From positions 1 through 64,000 of IMG/VR virus record IMGVR_UViG_3300020183_000012: DNA of 64,000 nucleotides. One strand, 5' to 3'. The stretch's first letter is position 1. Each line of letters begins with the position of its first letter. Below, piece by piece: positions 46,575 to 55,309 of the stretch. The stretch is from a virus. The translations under genes were made by a program, and so were the position numbers. The notes beneath the pieces are model-generated. The model saw nothing but the letters and a program-made list of their open reading frames with translations. It did no database searches and had not been told where the DNA came from.

Positions 46575-47062
46575 ATTCTGATGATATAAAAAAAAGCAAA
46601 GAGTTTACTTCTCTTATTAAAGAGAATCAGAGGATGAGGGAGTCTATTGCCAACGCAGTAGTCCTAATGTTTGATTATGACGGTCATTACAACGAAAAAA
46701 CAGGTAAGGGCAGCATACAGGGCCTTGCTTCTCTAATGAATGAAATTGCATCAAATTTAAAATGCCTTCTTGAGTCTCCATCCGAATTTAAAAAGAGCGG
46801 ATGGAATTATAGAATTATGAAAAGAAAAGTAGGTGATGAAGAAGTGTATTCAATACACGAGGTATACTACGATGAAGTCGGTGATGACAGTACAATAACT
46901 AATTTTACTGAGTCTCCAGTAAATATTGAATCTGATTCATTTTTAGGAATAAGAAACACAATATCTGCACTTTCTATGGCCACAGACGAAAAGTATGTTC
47001 TTGATTACGATAAGCTTGTAAAAAGATTGAGAGCTAAGAAAAATGTCAGAAGAAGAAAATAA
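46571..47062 (+). CDS. hypothetical phage protein
   Basis: WNYRIM......YSIHEVYY motif; ATGA coupling. Confidence 0.7.
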   Translation: MNSDDIKKSKEFTSLIKENQRMRESIANAVVLMFDYDGHYNEKTGKGSIQGLASLMNEIASNLKCLLESPSEFKKSGWNYRIMKRKVGDEEVYSIHEVYYDEVGDDSTITNFTESPVNIESDSFLGIRNTISALSMATDEKYVLDYDKLVKRLRAKKNVRRRK

Positions 47063-47447
47063 TAAAAAAGACAATTTATTAAAAATTCTTACGGAAATAG
47101 GTGAAATTCAGCAGGGTGTAATGGAGCAATATGCCAATGACGCTGATAATTATTGGAATTCTCTTACGTATGAACAAAAGTTAATGTGCTTTTTTGCTGT
47201 TACAAAGAAGATACACCAGGGTGATTGCTTGGAGAATCGTTCTTACAGGGGTGTCATATATGATATTTTTGGATTCGATATGGACGCATATGGACTAGGT
47301 ATGTATTCAGGTTATTTTGAAATTCACAATAGAATTCTTTCAAAGGAAGATATGTTAAAGTTTGAAAAAATAGAATCCATGATGGATTCGGATTGTTTTA
47401 AAAATTTTATGGATTTCATTTCGGATGTAGGGAAAAAAGACAATTAA
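47043..47447 (+). CDS. hypothetical phage protein
   Basis: SYRGVIYDIFGF. Confidence 0.65.
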   Translation: MSEEENNKKDNLLKILTEIGEIQQGVMEQYANDADNYWNSLTYEQKLMCFFAVTKKIHQGDCLENRSYRGVIYDIFGFDMDAYGLGMYSGYFEIHNRILSKEDMLKFEKIESMMDSDCFKNFMDFISDVGKKDN

Positions 47448-47554
47448 AATTAAAATAATTATTTTATAATTTATTGTTTGAAATTGGGCGACGAATAGTT
47501 AGCCCAATTATTTTTTATAAAGGTAAGTTTTATTTATTTACAGTATTTATTATT

Positions 47555-49150
47555 ATGAATTTAATGGTTCACAACTGGCTAAAAAGAGCTATGGCTGGAC
47601 AATTGAGTATGGAGGCATACGCAAAAACAGTCAAAGACAAAGATCATCAAATGATGATTATTCATGGCGACAAGCACATAGGCAAAGAAGTTGGTCTTGT
47701 GTTGGCGGCACAGAATCCATACCTTCATGAAGAAGTTCAGGAGTATGTGTACGAAATAACTAAGCCTTACATCAAAAGCGACACTTACTCAGGTTACACT
47801 GTTTCTTGTAAGGAAGAAAGCAGTATTGGCATTTTAACTGCCATGTCAGATAATCCCATTATGTCTAAAGAAATTATTTCTAAATTGGTTGATGATTTGG
47901 AGTTGATATTTGATGAGGTAAATAAAACTCCCCTAAGATCATATAACTATGACAGGCATGATTTAATATTGAAAATTTATTCAAAATATGGTGAATTTTT
48001 AAAAAATGCTTCCTCCAAGCATAATGTTACAAAAAAATCACAAAATAAAATAATAAATATTGCATCTTCCTTTAGTCAAATTTCAGGCTCACAACATTAT
48101 TACGGATATGATTATCAGAGAAAGGAAATTGCTACTATTGGTGATGATTTGATGTCTTCTTTAGTAAGTAATCGTTTTATAAATGTTGATGAAAGACTTG
48201 AAATTACAAACCAGCACTTGAATCCTCAGGTTGTATCAAGTTTTGTCAAAAGTGAGGGTGTTGGAGCCAGTCATGTTGCTGGTATTATTTCAGGAAGTAT
48301 TTCAAAAACCGATGGTATCAATGATGCTCAAATTGATAATCGCTTAAAAGCAATGATAGGAATGGTTGAATCGGTAAATTTTGAGGACGAAAAGATAGAA
48401 AAGCTTTTTTTCTCTCAACAATTTATTGATTTTTTTAATAAAATAAATTCTCTTCGTCAATACCATAGTTCTCCTGGACACAGGGATTATGAAGAATTTC
48501 AAGGGTATAAATATTATGTTTTAAACGCAATGGCAAAAAGAGCCAAAACCGAGGAAGCAAGAGTTAATTTTTTCAAAATTATTTTAAATGATGCAGGTGA
48601 TAATATTTATAAATACCGTTTAATTCACGATCTTTTAAAATTAGTCATGGATACAGGGAGAATATCAGAAGAGTTTGTGGATTTGCTTTTTAAAAGTATG
48701 GGTAAATTAAGTGCGTTTCAGCATTTGCATACAGCATGCAGCAACAATTTTCATTTATTTAAATACGTATTTGATAAATATGTTATTAAAGAAGAAATAT
48801 TTGAAACATCAACACTTTCTATGAACATTAATAGGTGGATTAAATGTTGCATAGATAGAGGAATAAACTGTGAATCCCAGTCTTCTCTTTTAGATTCCTG
48901 GATATTGAAGCACAGAGAATTACTTAATAATGAGTCCCGTAGTTGGAATATTCAGAATATTTTGTTTTTTCCTTCAGACAACAATTATCCGCTTTTGTTT
49001 CTTGATTCAAAAAATAAAAAATGTCCTGAAGTAGTTAGAAAAATAATTTCAATTGGTGGAGGCTCTTTTAGAAATAGATTCATTATTAAAAGACTGAGTG
49101 AAGTGAGATCAATGATTTCTCGTGGCACATGGCAAAAGGATTCTTTATGA
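47555..49150 (+). CDS. helical NP-repeat (LRV-like) protein with NWLKRA leader
   Basis: Start at 47555, 33 nt after AAAGGT; AQNPY, SDNPI; C-terminal KRLSEVRS. Confidence 0.7.
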   Translation: MNLMVHNWLKRAMAGQLSMEAYAKTVKDKDHQMMIIHGDKHIGKEVGLVLAAQNPYLHEEVQEYVYEITKPYIKSDTYSGYTVSCKEESSIGILTAMSDNPIMSKEIISKLVDDLELIFDEVNKTPLRSYNYDRHDLILKIYSKYGEFLKNASSKHNVTKKSQNKIINIASSFSQISGSQHYYGYDYQRKEIATIGDDLMSSLVSNRFINVDERLEITNQHLNPQVVSSFVKSEGVGASHVAGIISGSISKTDGINDAQIDNRLKAMIGMVESVNFEDEKIEKLFFSQQFIDFFNKINSLRQYHSSPGHRDYEEFQGYKYYVLNAMAKRAKTEEARVNFFKIILNDAGDNIYKYRLIHDLLKLVMDTGRISEEFVDLLFKSMGKLSAFQHLHTACSNNFHLFKYVFDKYVIKEEIFETSTLSMNINRWIKCCIDRGINCESQSSLLDSWILKHRELLNNESRSWNIQNILFFPSDNNYPLLFLDSKNKKCPEVVRKIISIGGGSFRNRFIIKRLSEVRSMISRGTWQKDSL

Positions 49151-50115
49151 GAAAGCCCAAACCCACTAACTGGATCAAAAGGGCAAATCGTTTTGTGCCT
49201 TTTGAGTTTTTTAGTGCAAATCCTGATGACTACAAGAAGTACATAAAAAATCCAGACTGTCCTCCTCCTATGCTTACCGCCGCGTGGGAAGATGTTAAGT
49301 CAGGAATGGAAGATATTAAAATCAATATGGCCAGTATAGCTGCTGATGGCGAACTTGGCAGTCGTTGCAAGAGCATAGAAGATACTATTATTAGTATTAC
49401 TATTAATCCCAACACTCCCGAAGATATCATCTTTGAAATGACAGAAATTAACTGGCAAGCTTTCAAGTTTAGATGTCAAAACATGGAATGGAAGAAAATT
49501 ACTCGCGAACTTATTAATACAAATTCATACGAAAATTTAGTAAAAATTTTTGAAAATGCTAATAAAAAATTGAGTAGTTATGATGAAAAATCAAATTTTA
49601 CTGCTTATATTCATGATTCTATTTACGCATTAAATGTAATTAGAATGATCATGCATAGAACGACATATTATTCTCGCACAGACGCAGTAGACAGAATGTA
49701 TGATTGGGAACCGGTTAACACTTTTATCGAATATGTTAAAGACAAACAATTAAATATAATTAAAAATTTTGTTGATTTTTTTGAAAGAACTTTTATTTCA
49801 CACGATAAGGAAATTCAAAAAGAATTATATAATATTGCTATTTTGGGTGCGGGAGAGGATTATTCTTCAAAAGCTTTTGTTTCCCAAATATGGGAAATTA
49901 TGTTTATGATGCATGCTAGGGCTGAGAGTGGTACTGCTTATGGTTATGGAATTAATTATAAAACTACTAAAAAGTGCGCTGAGTTAACCAGAAAAATGGC
50001 GTCCGCTGGTATTATTGATAATTCCTCTACTTTTTCGATGTATAGGCATCGATTATATGATGTGAAGAATATTCTTGGCATGCCACTTGTGCACAAGTAC
50101 AATGATCCTTATTAG
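49147..50115 (+). CDS. helical NP-repeat (LRV-like) protein with NWIKRA leader
   Basis: ATGA overlap; KNPDCP, INPNTPED; C-terminal HRLYDVKN. Confidence 0.7.
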   Translation: MRKPKPTNWIKRANRFVPFEFFSANPDDYKKYIKNPDCPPPMLTAAWEDVKSGMEDIKINMASIAADGELGSRCKSIEDTIISITINPNTPEDIIFEMTEINWQAFKFRCQNMEWKKITRELINTNSYENLVKIFENANKKLSSYDEKSNFTAYIHDSIYALNVIRMIMHRTTYYSRTDAVDRMYDWEPVNTFIEYVKDKQLNIIKNFVDFFERTFISHDKEIQKELYNIAILGAGEDYSSKAFVSQIWEIMFMMHARAESGTAYGYGINYKTTKKCAELTRKMASAGIIDNSSTFSMYRHRLYDVKNILGMPLVHKYNDPY

Positions 50116-50138
50116 CACTCTCCATTCATGGATAAACC

Positions 50139-50196
50139 ATAATAATAATTACCATATTACCATATTATATTATTATATTATTATATTATTATATTG
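50139..50196. repeat. AT-rich low-complexity tract (TTACCATA x2, TATTATAT-type repeats)
   Basis: ataataataattaccatattaccatattatattattatattattatattattatattg. Confidence 0.75.
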
Positions 50197-50305
50197 TCAT
50201 GCCGTATGTCGTATGGGGCCGTTTTTGGTCCTCTCCCCCTGCCTCTCCCCCCCCTAGGTGTGTCTCCCCTCATTTTGACGGATCTTTTGTTTTGAGGGCG
50301 TGTAG

Positions 50306-50330
50306 AAGTTGCATCCCGGGAATAGACTAG
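50306..50330 (+). promoter_or_regulatory. class C element AAGTTGCATC-N4-GAATANACTAG, copy 1
   Basis: 21/25 identical to 58895..58919; both are intergenic and lead + strand gene runs. Confidence 0.5.
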
Positions 50331-50419
50331 TACGGGTGTCTGCGCTTTTTTGTCGATAGAGTGTTGTTGTGGTTGTATGGTGTTTTCGGGGTGTACCTGT
50401 ACCTGAGGAGTGTCGATCC

Positions 50420-50683
50420 ATGAGTGGAGAGTGCGATGTATGCGGTGGCAGGGGTTGCGTGGATAGGAGTCACTGCGCGTGGGCTGACCGTATGCGTTCT
50501 TTGGAGTCTCGTGTTGACGTGCTGAGCGAGGGGATGTGGAGGGCGTTACGTGAGCGTGACGAGGCTAGGCGTGAGTACTGTGCGTTGTACTCGGACTTTT
50601 ACCGTGGTGAGGGTGAGCCGCCCCATCCCCGTGAGGTTGCGGACGGCAAGGGTTGGGACTGTTTTAGGGATGCCAATTCATGA
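50420..50683 (+). CDS. small phage protein (CxxC, ERDEARR, GWDCF)
   Basis: SD GAGGAG before ATG 50420. Confidence 0.65.
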   Translation: MSGECDVCGGRGCVDRSHCAWADRMRSLESRVDVLSEGMWRALRERDEARREYCALYSDFYRGEGEPPHPREVADGKGWDCFRDANS

Positions 50684-50731
50684 GCCACGATCCGATTCCT
50701 TTTGTGGGCGACAATATGAAGGAAACTACGA

Positions 50732-51025
50732 ATGATTGAACCAACAGAAGGTGAAATTGTTGATGTACTGAACAACTACCTCAACAGCGGTAACCGAGAT
50801 ACATTTCATCAGATTTTGATTGGTCGTGCCATCAAGGAGATCGAACGGCTTCGCAAGGAGCGTGACGAAGCATTGTTGGAGAAGGGTCGCATTATGAATG
50901 AAATTGATTGTCGTATCGAACATGGTGCAGATAGTAACCGTCATCTTGAAGCAATTCGTAATCTGTTTTCAAAGAAAGCAAAGATGGCCAGACTGGATGA
51001 ATTGAGAGAGATGGGACTACTATGA
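50732..51025 (+). CDS. small phage protein (EIERLRKERDEA)
   Basis: SD AAGGA; shares ERDEA with its neighbour. Confidence 0.65.
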   Translation: MIEPTEGEIVDVLNNYLNSGNRDTFHQILIGRAIKEIERLRKERDEALLEKGRIMNEIDCRIEHGADSNRHLEAIRNLFSKKAKMARLDELREMGLL

Positions 51026-51714
51026 ATATTTACAATGGAATTTTAACTCTATGTGTTTCTTCGTGCTTTGCAAACGCAAGCGTCACTCTTGTTGATTTTG
51101 AAATTGATCCTAATGCAGACGCTCCATATTATGATGATGTAGGATTTCTTGAGGATTATCAAGGTCTTCGATTTCAATGTTTGGAAAATGGTGTACCTGA
51201 TGTTCATTCCCCCTCACAATGGAATAGTTCTGGGTGGGGTTACTATGAACGGGGGGCATGGGGGTCTATTCCCGGTGGTCCTATCCCCGGAGCGGGTGTT
51301 GGTGTGATTGGAGATAGAGCAGCATTTACTCCCTTTTACTCTAACTGGTGGCACAATCCAGTGAATACCAGATGGTCAATCAGTAGAGTTAATGGTGGAG
51401 ATTGGCATTTCTTTGGTGCTTGGTTCACAGCCATGTGGAATCCGGGAAACATTCGTGTTCAAGGAATCAAGGACGGTCAAACTGTATTTGATTATTCACA
51501 AAGCATTTCAAGCGAGTATCGTTCTTGGCTAAGTTATGGAGCAGGGTATGAAATTGATACTCTGTTGATTTGGAATAATATTTCAGGTCAATTTGATGAT
51601 CGCAAGCATTTCATAATGGACAATTTCTACTACATGGAAGCTGTTCCTGCTCCCGGAGCATTTGCGCTTGGGATGGTTAGTTTTGTGTTTGGAACAAGTC
51701 GTAGGAGAAAGTAA
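51022..51714 (+). CDS. PEP-CTERM (VPAPG variant) surface protein
   Basis: Signal peptide ending ANA; C-terminal VPAPGA, TM, SRRRK. Confidence 0.85.
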   Translation: MNIYNGILTLCVSSCFANASVTLVDFEIDPNADAPYYDDVGFLEDYQGLRFQCLENGVPDVHSPSQWNSSGWGYYERGAWGSIPGGPIPGAGVGVIGDRAAFTPFYSNWWHNPVNTRWSISRVNGGDWHFFGAWFTAMWNPGNIRVQGIKDGQTVFDYSQSISSEYRSWLSYGAGYEIDTLLIWNNISGQFDDRKHFIMDNFYYMEAVPAPGAFALGMVSFVFGTSRRRK

Positions 51715-51830
51715 TGACCGAATATTTACTATTTGTTTCTGTGTTTGAACTTCTAGTTATTGTTTGGTTGTTAATTGACAATTACAAAATGTTTTGCGAA
51801 TTGAGGAAGAATGGACAGAAAGATGCTTGA
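51714..51830 (+). CDS. small membrane peptide (38 aa)
   Basis: TAATG coupling; MTEYLLFVSVFELLVIVWLLID... Confidence 0.5.
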   Translation: MTEYLLFVSVFELLVIVWLLIDNYKMFCELRKNGQKDA

Positions 51831-51855
51831 CAAACTTGAGGAGTTGTTCTATAAT
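51827..51855 (+). promoter_or_regulatory. consensus sigma70 promoter
   Basis: TTGACA-17 nt-TATAAT exact consensus. Confidence 0.8.
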
Positions 51856-51944
51856 TTCGGTGAAACATCTAAACACATTGGTCGTGTGTAGACTGATGGT
51901 GTCGCACAGAGCAAGGGGTGGGACTGCTTCAAGGAGACACTCTC

Positions 51945-52196
51945 ATGATGACTGAGATTACACCTGGTTCTGAAGACGATACGAAAGGCGAGTTTTACCA
52001 TATTCTTCTTGATGCACGCAGTTTGCGTACCGCTGCGGACGCGGTTGACGTTACGATGCCCAAGTGGATGGGGGAGGCCATGCGTCGGACAGCAACTGAA
52101 GTTGAGAGGATGGTTGGCATGATTCAACTTATGCGCATTGAGCATGAATTTAGACCGGAGGGGCCTTCGGCCCCTCCGGAAAACAGTGCGAAGTAG
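51945..52196 (+). CDS. hypothetical protein
   Basis: SD AAGGAG before ATG 51945; strong GC hairpin 52155..52179 in the 3' end. Confidence 0.6.
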   Translation: MMTEITPGSEDDTKGEFYHILLDARSLRTAADAVDVTMPKWMGEAMRRTATEVERMVGMIQLMRIEHEFRPEGPSAPPENSAK

Positions 52197-52232
52197 GCCT
52201 GTCTCTTGCCCCCGAAAAAATTAATTCTTTTT

Positions 52233-52255
52233 GCCCCTCTCCGGAGGGGTTTTTT
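52233..52255 (+). terminator. intrinsic terminator
   Basis: GCCCCTC-tccg-GAGGGGT then TTTTT. Confidence 0.8.
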
Positions 52256-52322
52256 ATTACAATTTGAGTAGACGATAAAGATATTTTACAGGATAGTTCC
52301 TTTAAATTATTTAATTATTTCT

Positions 52323-53804
52323 ATGAAATCCAATTGGTACAAGAAGTCTGGGAGTGGTTTTTGGGGCAAATTGTTCCGGGGGGATAAGCGGGTTATGTCC
52401 TCGGAGGAGCGCATTGCATTTCTCCGTAGCATTAGTGGTAAATTTGACGAGTTCCGTGGTGGGCATGATCCTGTTGCTTATGAAAAAGCCAAGGCTTTGG
52501 TAGAGGACCCGCAGACAGGCGTTGATGTCCTTGAGCTTATTTTAGAAGATGGTAGACTTCCTGAAACCATAAAGTTATTTATTTTTGGTAACCCGAACAT
52601 GGACGAAGATCTTCTCGAGAAATTGATTGATAGTCCTCATCAAGTATTTTATACTCGTGCAGCCTTTTCACCAAAGGCTACCGACAAAATTTTCAATAAA
52701 ATAATGCATCGTTGGATGAGAAGTCCTACCTCCGAGGACTTTGACTCAAATTACTGGAGAATTAAGTATGCAGTAATGAATCCTGTTGCTCCAACTTGGT
52801 TTTTGGCATTTGTGGCAAGATCAGTAAAATTGGTCCACCTTCTGGTTGAAGCTGTTAAAGATAATCATCTTAGATTAGAAAACATGTCTTATGATGTATT
52901 GTTTGGTGTGGTAACGAATAGAGATCGAAAATTTGTAGAGGAATCAAAAGAATTTAAAGACCGTTGCCTTTCTTTGATTAAAGATCGGGCCATTGAAGGG
53001 ATAAGTAAAGGTACGGTTTCTTATGACAATGCTGACTTTAACCGTATCAACAAGATGATGAATGAAACGGCTGAGCATGGGGGTAATGTTAGGCATTCTC
53101 TTATGGGAGTCCGGGCAGAAAATACCAAAGAAAGAGAAGAGTATTTGTCTGAATTGACTTCAGTTGCCGTAAATCCAAACACTCCTGAAAAAGTGCTTCT
53201 TATGATGATAGAAAACTCTTTACATCGTAATATAATTACTTCACATACATATTTTCCTAAATTGATTGGGATGAATAACGGTGCTTCTCCTGCAGTTTTA
53301 AAATCATTAATTACTTTTGATGAACGGGGCCCCGTGATAAATGGATTAGATGCCATAGAAGAAAATGCAGATTTGAAAAGATTGGTTTTTAGCCATCCTA
53401 ATTTTACACGTGAATTATACGATGTGGCGCTTAAATCAATTTTTGAAAATCCTAGAACACAAATTCCGCATGTTGTGGCACGCTTATTGGCTGACTCTAA
53501 GTTTACAACTAAAAAAGAAATAGAATATATTTTGTATAAGTTAGAAGAAATGATATCCGGAGATTATATTTACTCCAACGACGTAATGGTACAAGGGGTG
53601 GCAACGCCTTTTGTAAACAAATTTATTCATGATTCTAAGCTTATGGGTATTTTTAATGATTTATTTAAAAAAGGTATGGATAGGCATGTAAGGTGGGGGG
53701 CATACAGTGAATCCCTTATTGTAAAAAGATTACGATGGGTTAAGAGTAAGTTTTCAGGAACTCCCAAGGCAGCAATGGTTGTAGAGTGGGATATGAAATT
53801 ATGA
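52323..53804 (+). CDS. helical NP-repeat (LRV-like) protein with NWYKKS leader
   Basis: GNPNM, MNPVAP, VNPNTPEK, SHPNF, ENPRT; C-terminal KRLRWVKS; class A element with GG 32 nt before ATG. Confidence 0.75.
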   Translation: MKSNWYKKSGSGFWGKLFRGDKRVMSSEERIAFLRSISGKFDEFRGGHDPVAYEKAKALVEDPQTGVDVLELILEDGRLPETIKLFIFGNPNMDEDLLEKLIDSPHQVFYTRAAFSPKATDKIFNKIMHRWMRSPTSEDFDSNYWRIKYAVMNPVAPTWFLAFVARSVKLVHLLVEAVKDNHLRLENMSYDVLFGVVTNRDRKFVEESKEFKDRCLSLIKDRAIEGISKGTVSYDNADFNRINKMMNETAEHGGNVRHSLMGVRAENTKEREEYLSELTSVAVNPNTPEKVLLMMIENSLHRNIITSHTYFPKLIGMNNGASPAVLKSLITFDERGPVINGLDAIEENADLKRLVFSHPNFTRELYDVALKSIFENPRTQIPHVVARLLADSKFTTKKEIEYILYKLEEMISGDYIYSNDVMVQGVATPFVNKFIHDSKLMGIFNDLFKKGMDRHVRWGAYSESLIVKRLRWVKSKFSGTPKAAMVVEWDMKL

Positions 53805-55309
53805 AGATTAACTGGTACAAGACATCACAGAGTCAAGGGAATTGCAAAATGACACTTGACCATTTTAAGCAATTGGGCGAACAGTTGGGCAGACAAAATA
53901 GTTTTCTTTTTAATACTAAGGGATACCAGGAATCTCTACTTGAATGGTCGCGCTGCATGCGCTCTGCCCTTGATCCAAGCACAACAGGCGAATATAGAGT
54001 GCCAAATCCAGGAGACATGGAAGGGTTGATGATAAGTATTGCTAAGGGTGAAAAAGTCGTGGATATACCTGAGACTCTCCAGAACATATCCAGATGGTAT
54101 GGCTCTGCTTGTATGGCTTACCTTTCTGGGGTGTTAAAATTATTTAAGGGGCGGTTTCCAATGGAAAATTTAAAATCACTGAGGAGCGGAATGTGGGCTG
54201 AAAGGTTACCATTCTGGCTTGCTGACAAGGAATCTTTGGAGCGGGTCCTTGAATTTACAAAAACTTCTGAATATAATTCTGCCATAGTTGCTGGGTCTTG
54301 GGTCTACGGTGTCATGAACAATCCCAACTCTCCGCATGAGTTGCAGAAAAAAATATTTGATGACATGGTAAAAAATAAAAATTTGATTATGGCGACAAGC
54401 ACACAAGACTCTCATTCGGCTGAAGTTGCGGTTGGATTAATGTGCAACCCAAATGGGAACCAAGATGTGATGAAATCCATGTTATCCGGTGGCATAATTC
54501 ACTTAAACTCCACTTTGGTAAAAATGATAAATGCCAACAATGGAATTTTTAACAAGATGTGGAGTTGGAGATCTGCGCATACTGGGAAAGTGACTCCGAA
54601 TGAATCTGTTCTTCAAGTTGTTTCTGAGTACATAAACAAGATTGTCAGCCAGTGGCATTCGTCAATGTTCGACTCCATGAGGGCAATGGACTCAGCACCT
54701 CTGTATCCGATGATGGAATTGGTAATGTGGATGAATGTTTACAGTAAGAATCCAGAGACTATAAGGAGGAATTACGACACCTACCTGAAGGCAACGTTGA
54801 TAAAGGCAAGACCTAATGAAGAACAATCGCCAGTGTCAAAAATTGGCAAGGGAGGATTAATTCTTCCTGCATCTTATCTGACCCACAACTTGATTATGAG
54901 TTTTGTCATGAGGCAGTCAGCACTGAAAGACGAAGACGTGCAGCAGTTAATGGAGATTCTGATAAAGCATCACTTTGAGCAGCATGCGTTCGGAATGGAT
55001 CCTAGTGGTTCCTCTGCTGGAATTCCTATAGCTCCAATTATACTTAGCCTGACTAGTTTTGATACACGCGCTGGGATAGAAGGTTCACATCAAGCGGAGA
55101 TAAGCGGAAATTTCACGAACAAAAAACTAAAGGAGTCTTTTGATGGAGCTTTAAGAAGATTTGATTTTAAAACATTTATGAAAAAGATTAAGGATAATCC
55201 GAATGAATTCATAGATGTTCGTGGCAGTACAATAGGTAGCTTTAATTTGTATTCAATTAGACTTACTATTGTCAAAAGCCTGGAAATGCACAAGGGGGCA
55301 AGTTTATGA
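53801..55309 (+). CDS. helical NP-repeat protein with NWYKTSQ leader
   Basis: ATGA overlap; NNPNSPHELQ, CNPNGNQDVM; C-terminal IRLTIVKS. Confidence 0.75.
   Translation: MKINWYKTSQSQGNCKMTLDHFKQLGEQLGRQNSFLFNTKGYQESLLEWSRCMRSALDPSTTGEYRVPNPGDMEGLMISIAKGEKVVDIPETLQNISRWYGSACMAYLSGVLKLFKGRFPMENLKSLRSGMWAERLPFWLADKESLERVLEFTKTSEYNSAIVAGSWVYGVMNNPNSPHELQKKIFDDMVKNKNLIMATSTQDSHSAEVAVGLMCNPNGNQDVMKSMLSGGIIHLNSTLVKMINANNGIFNKMWSWRSAHTGKVTPNESVLQVVSEYINKIVSQWHSSMFDSMRAMDSAPLYPMMELVMWMNVYSKNPETIRRNYDTYLKATLIKARPNEEQSPVSKIGKGGLILPASYLTHNLIMSFVMRQSALKDEDVQQLMEILIKHHFEQHAFGMDPSGSSAGIPIAPIILSLTSFDTRAGIEGSHQAEISGNFTNKKLKESFDGALRRFDFKTFMKKIKDNPNEFIDVRGSTIGSFNLYSIRLTIVKSLEMHKGASL

Noticed and set aside
50295-50315. 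sigma54 promoter at TTGCA (also 58885..58905)
   Set aside because: The required GG-N10-GC spacing is not met at either copy.
51811-51948. Amber read-through ORF (..HIGRV*TDGVAQSKGWDCF..)
   Set aside because: The upstream part coincides with a perfect sigma70 promoter and overlaps another small ORF, so a gene remnant is the simpler explanation.
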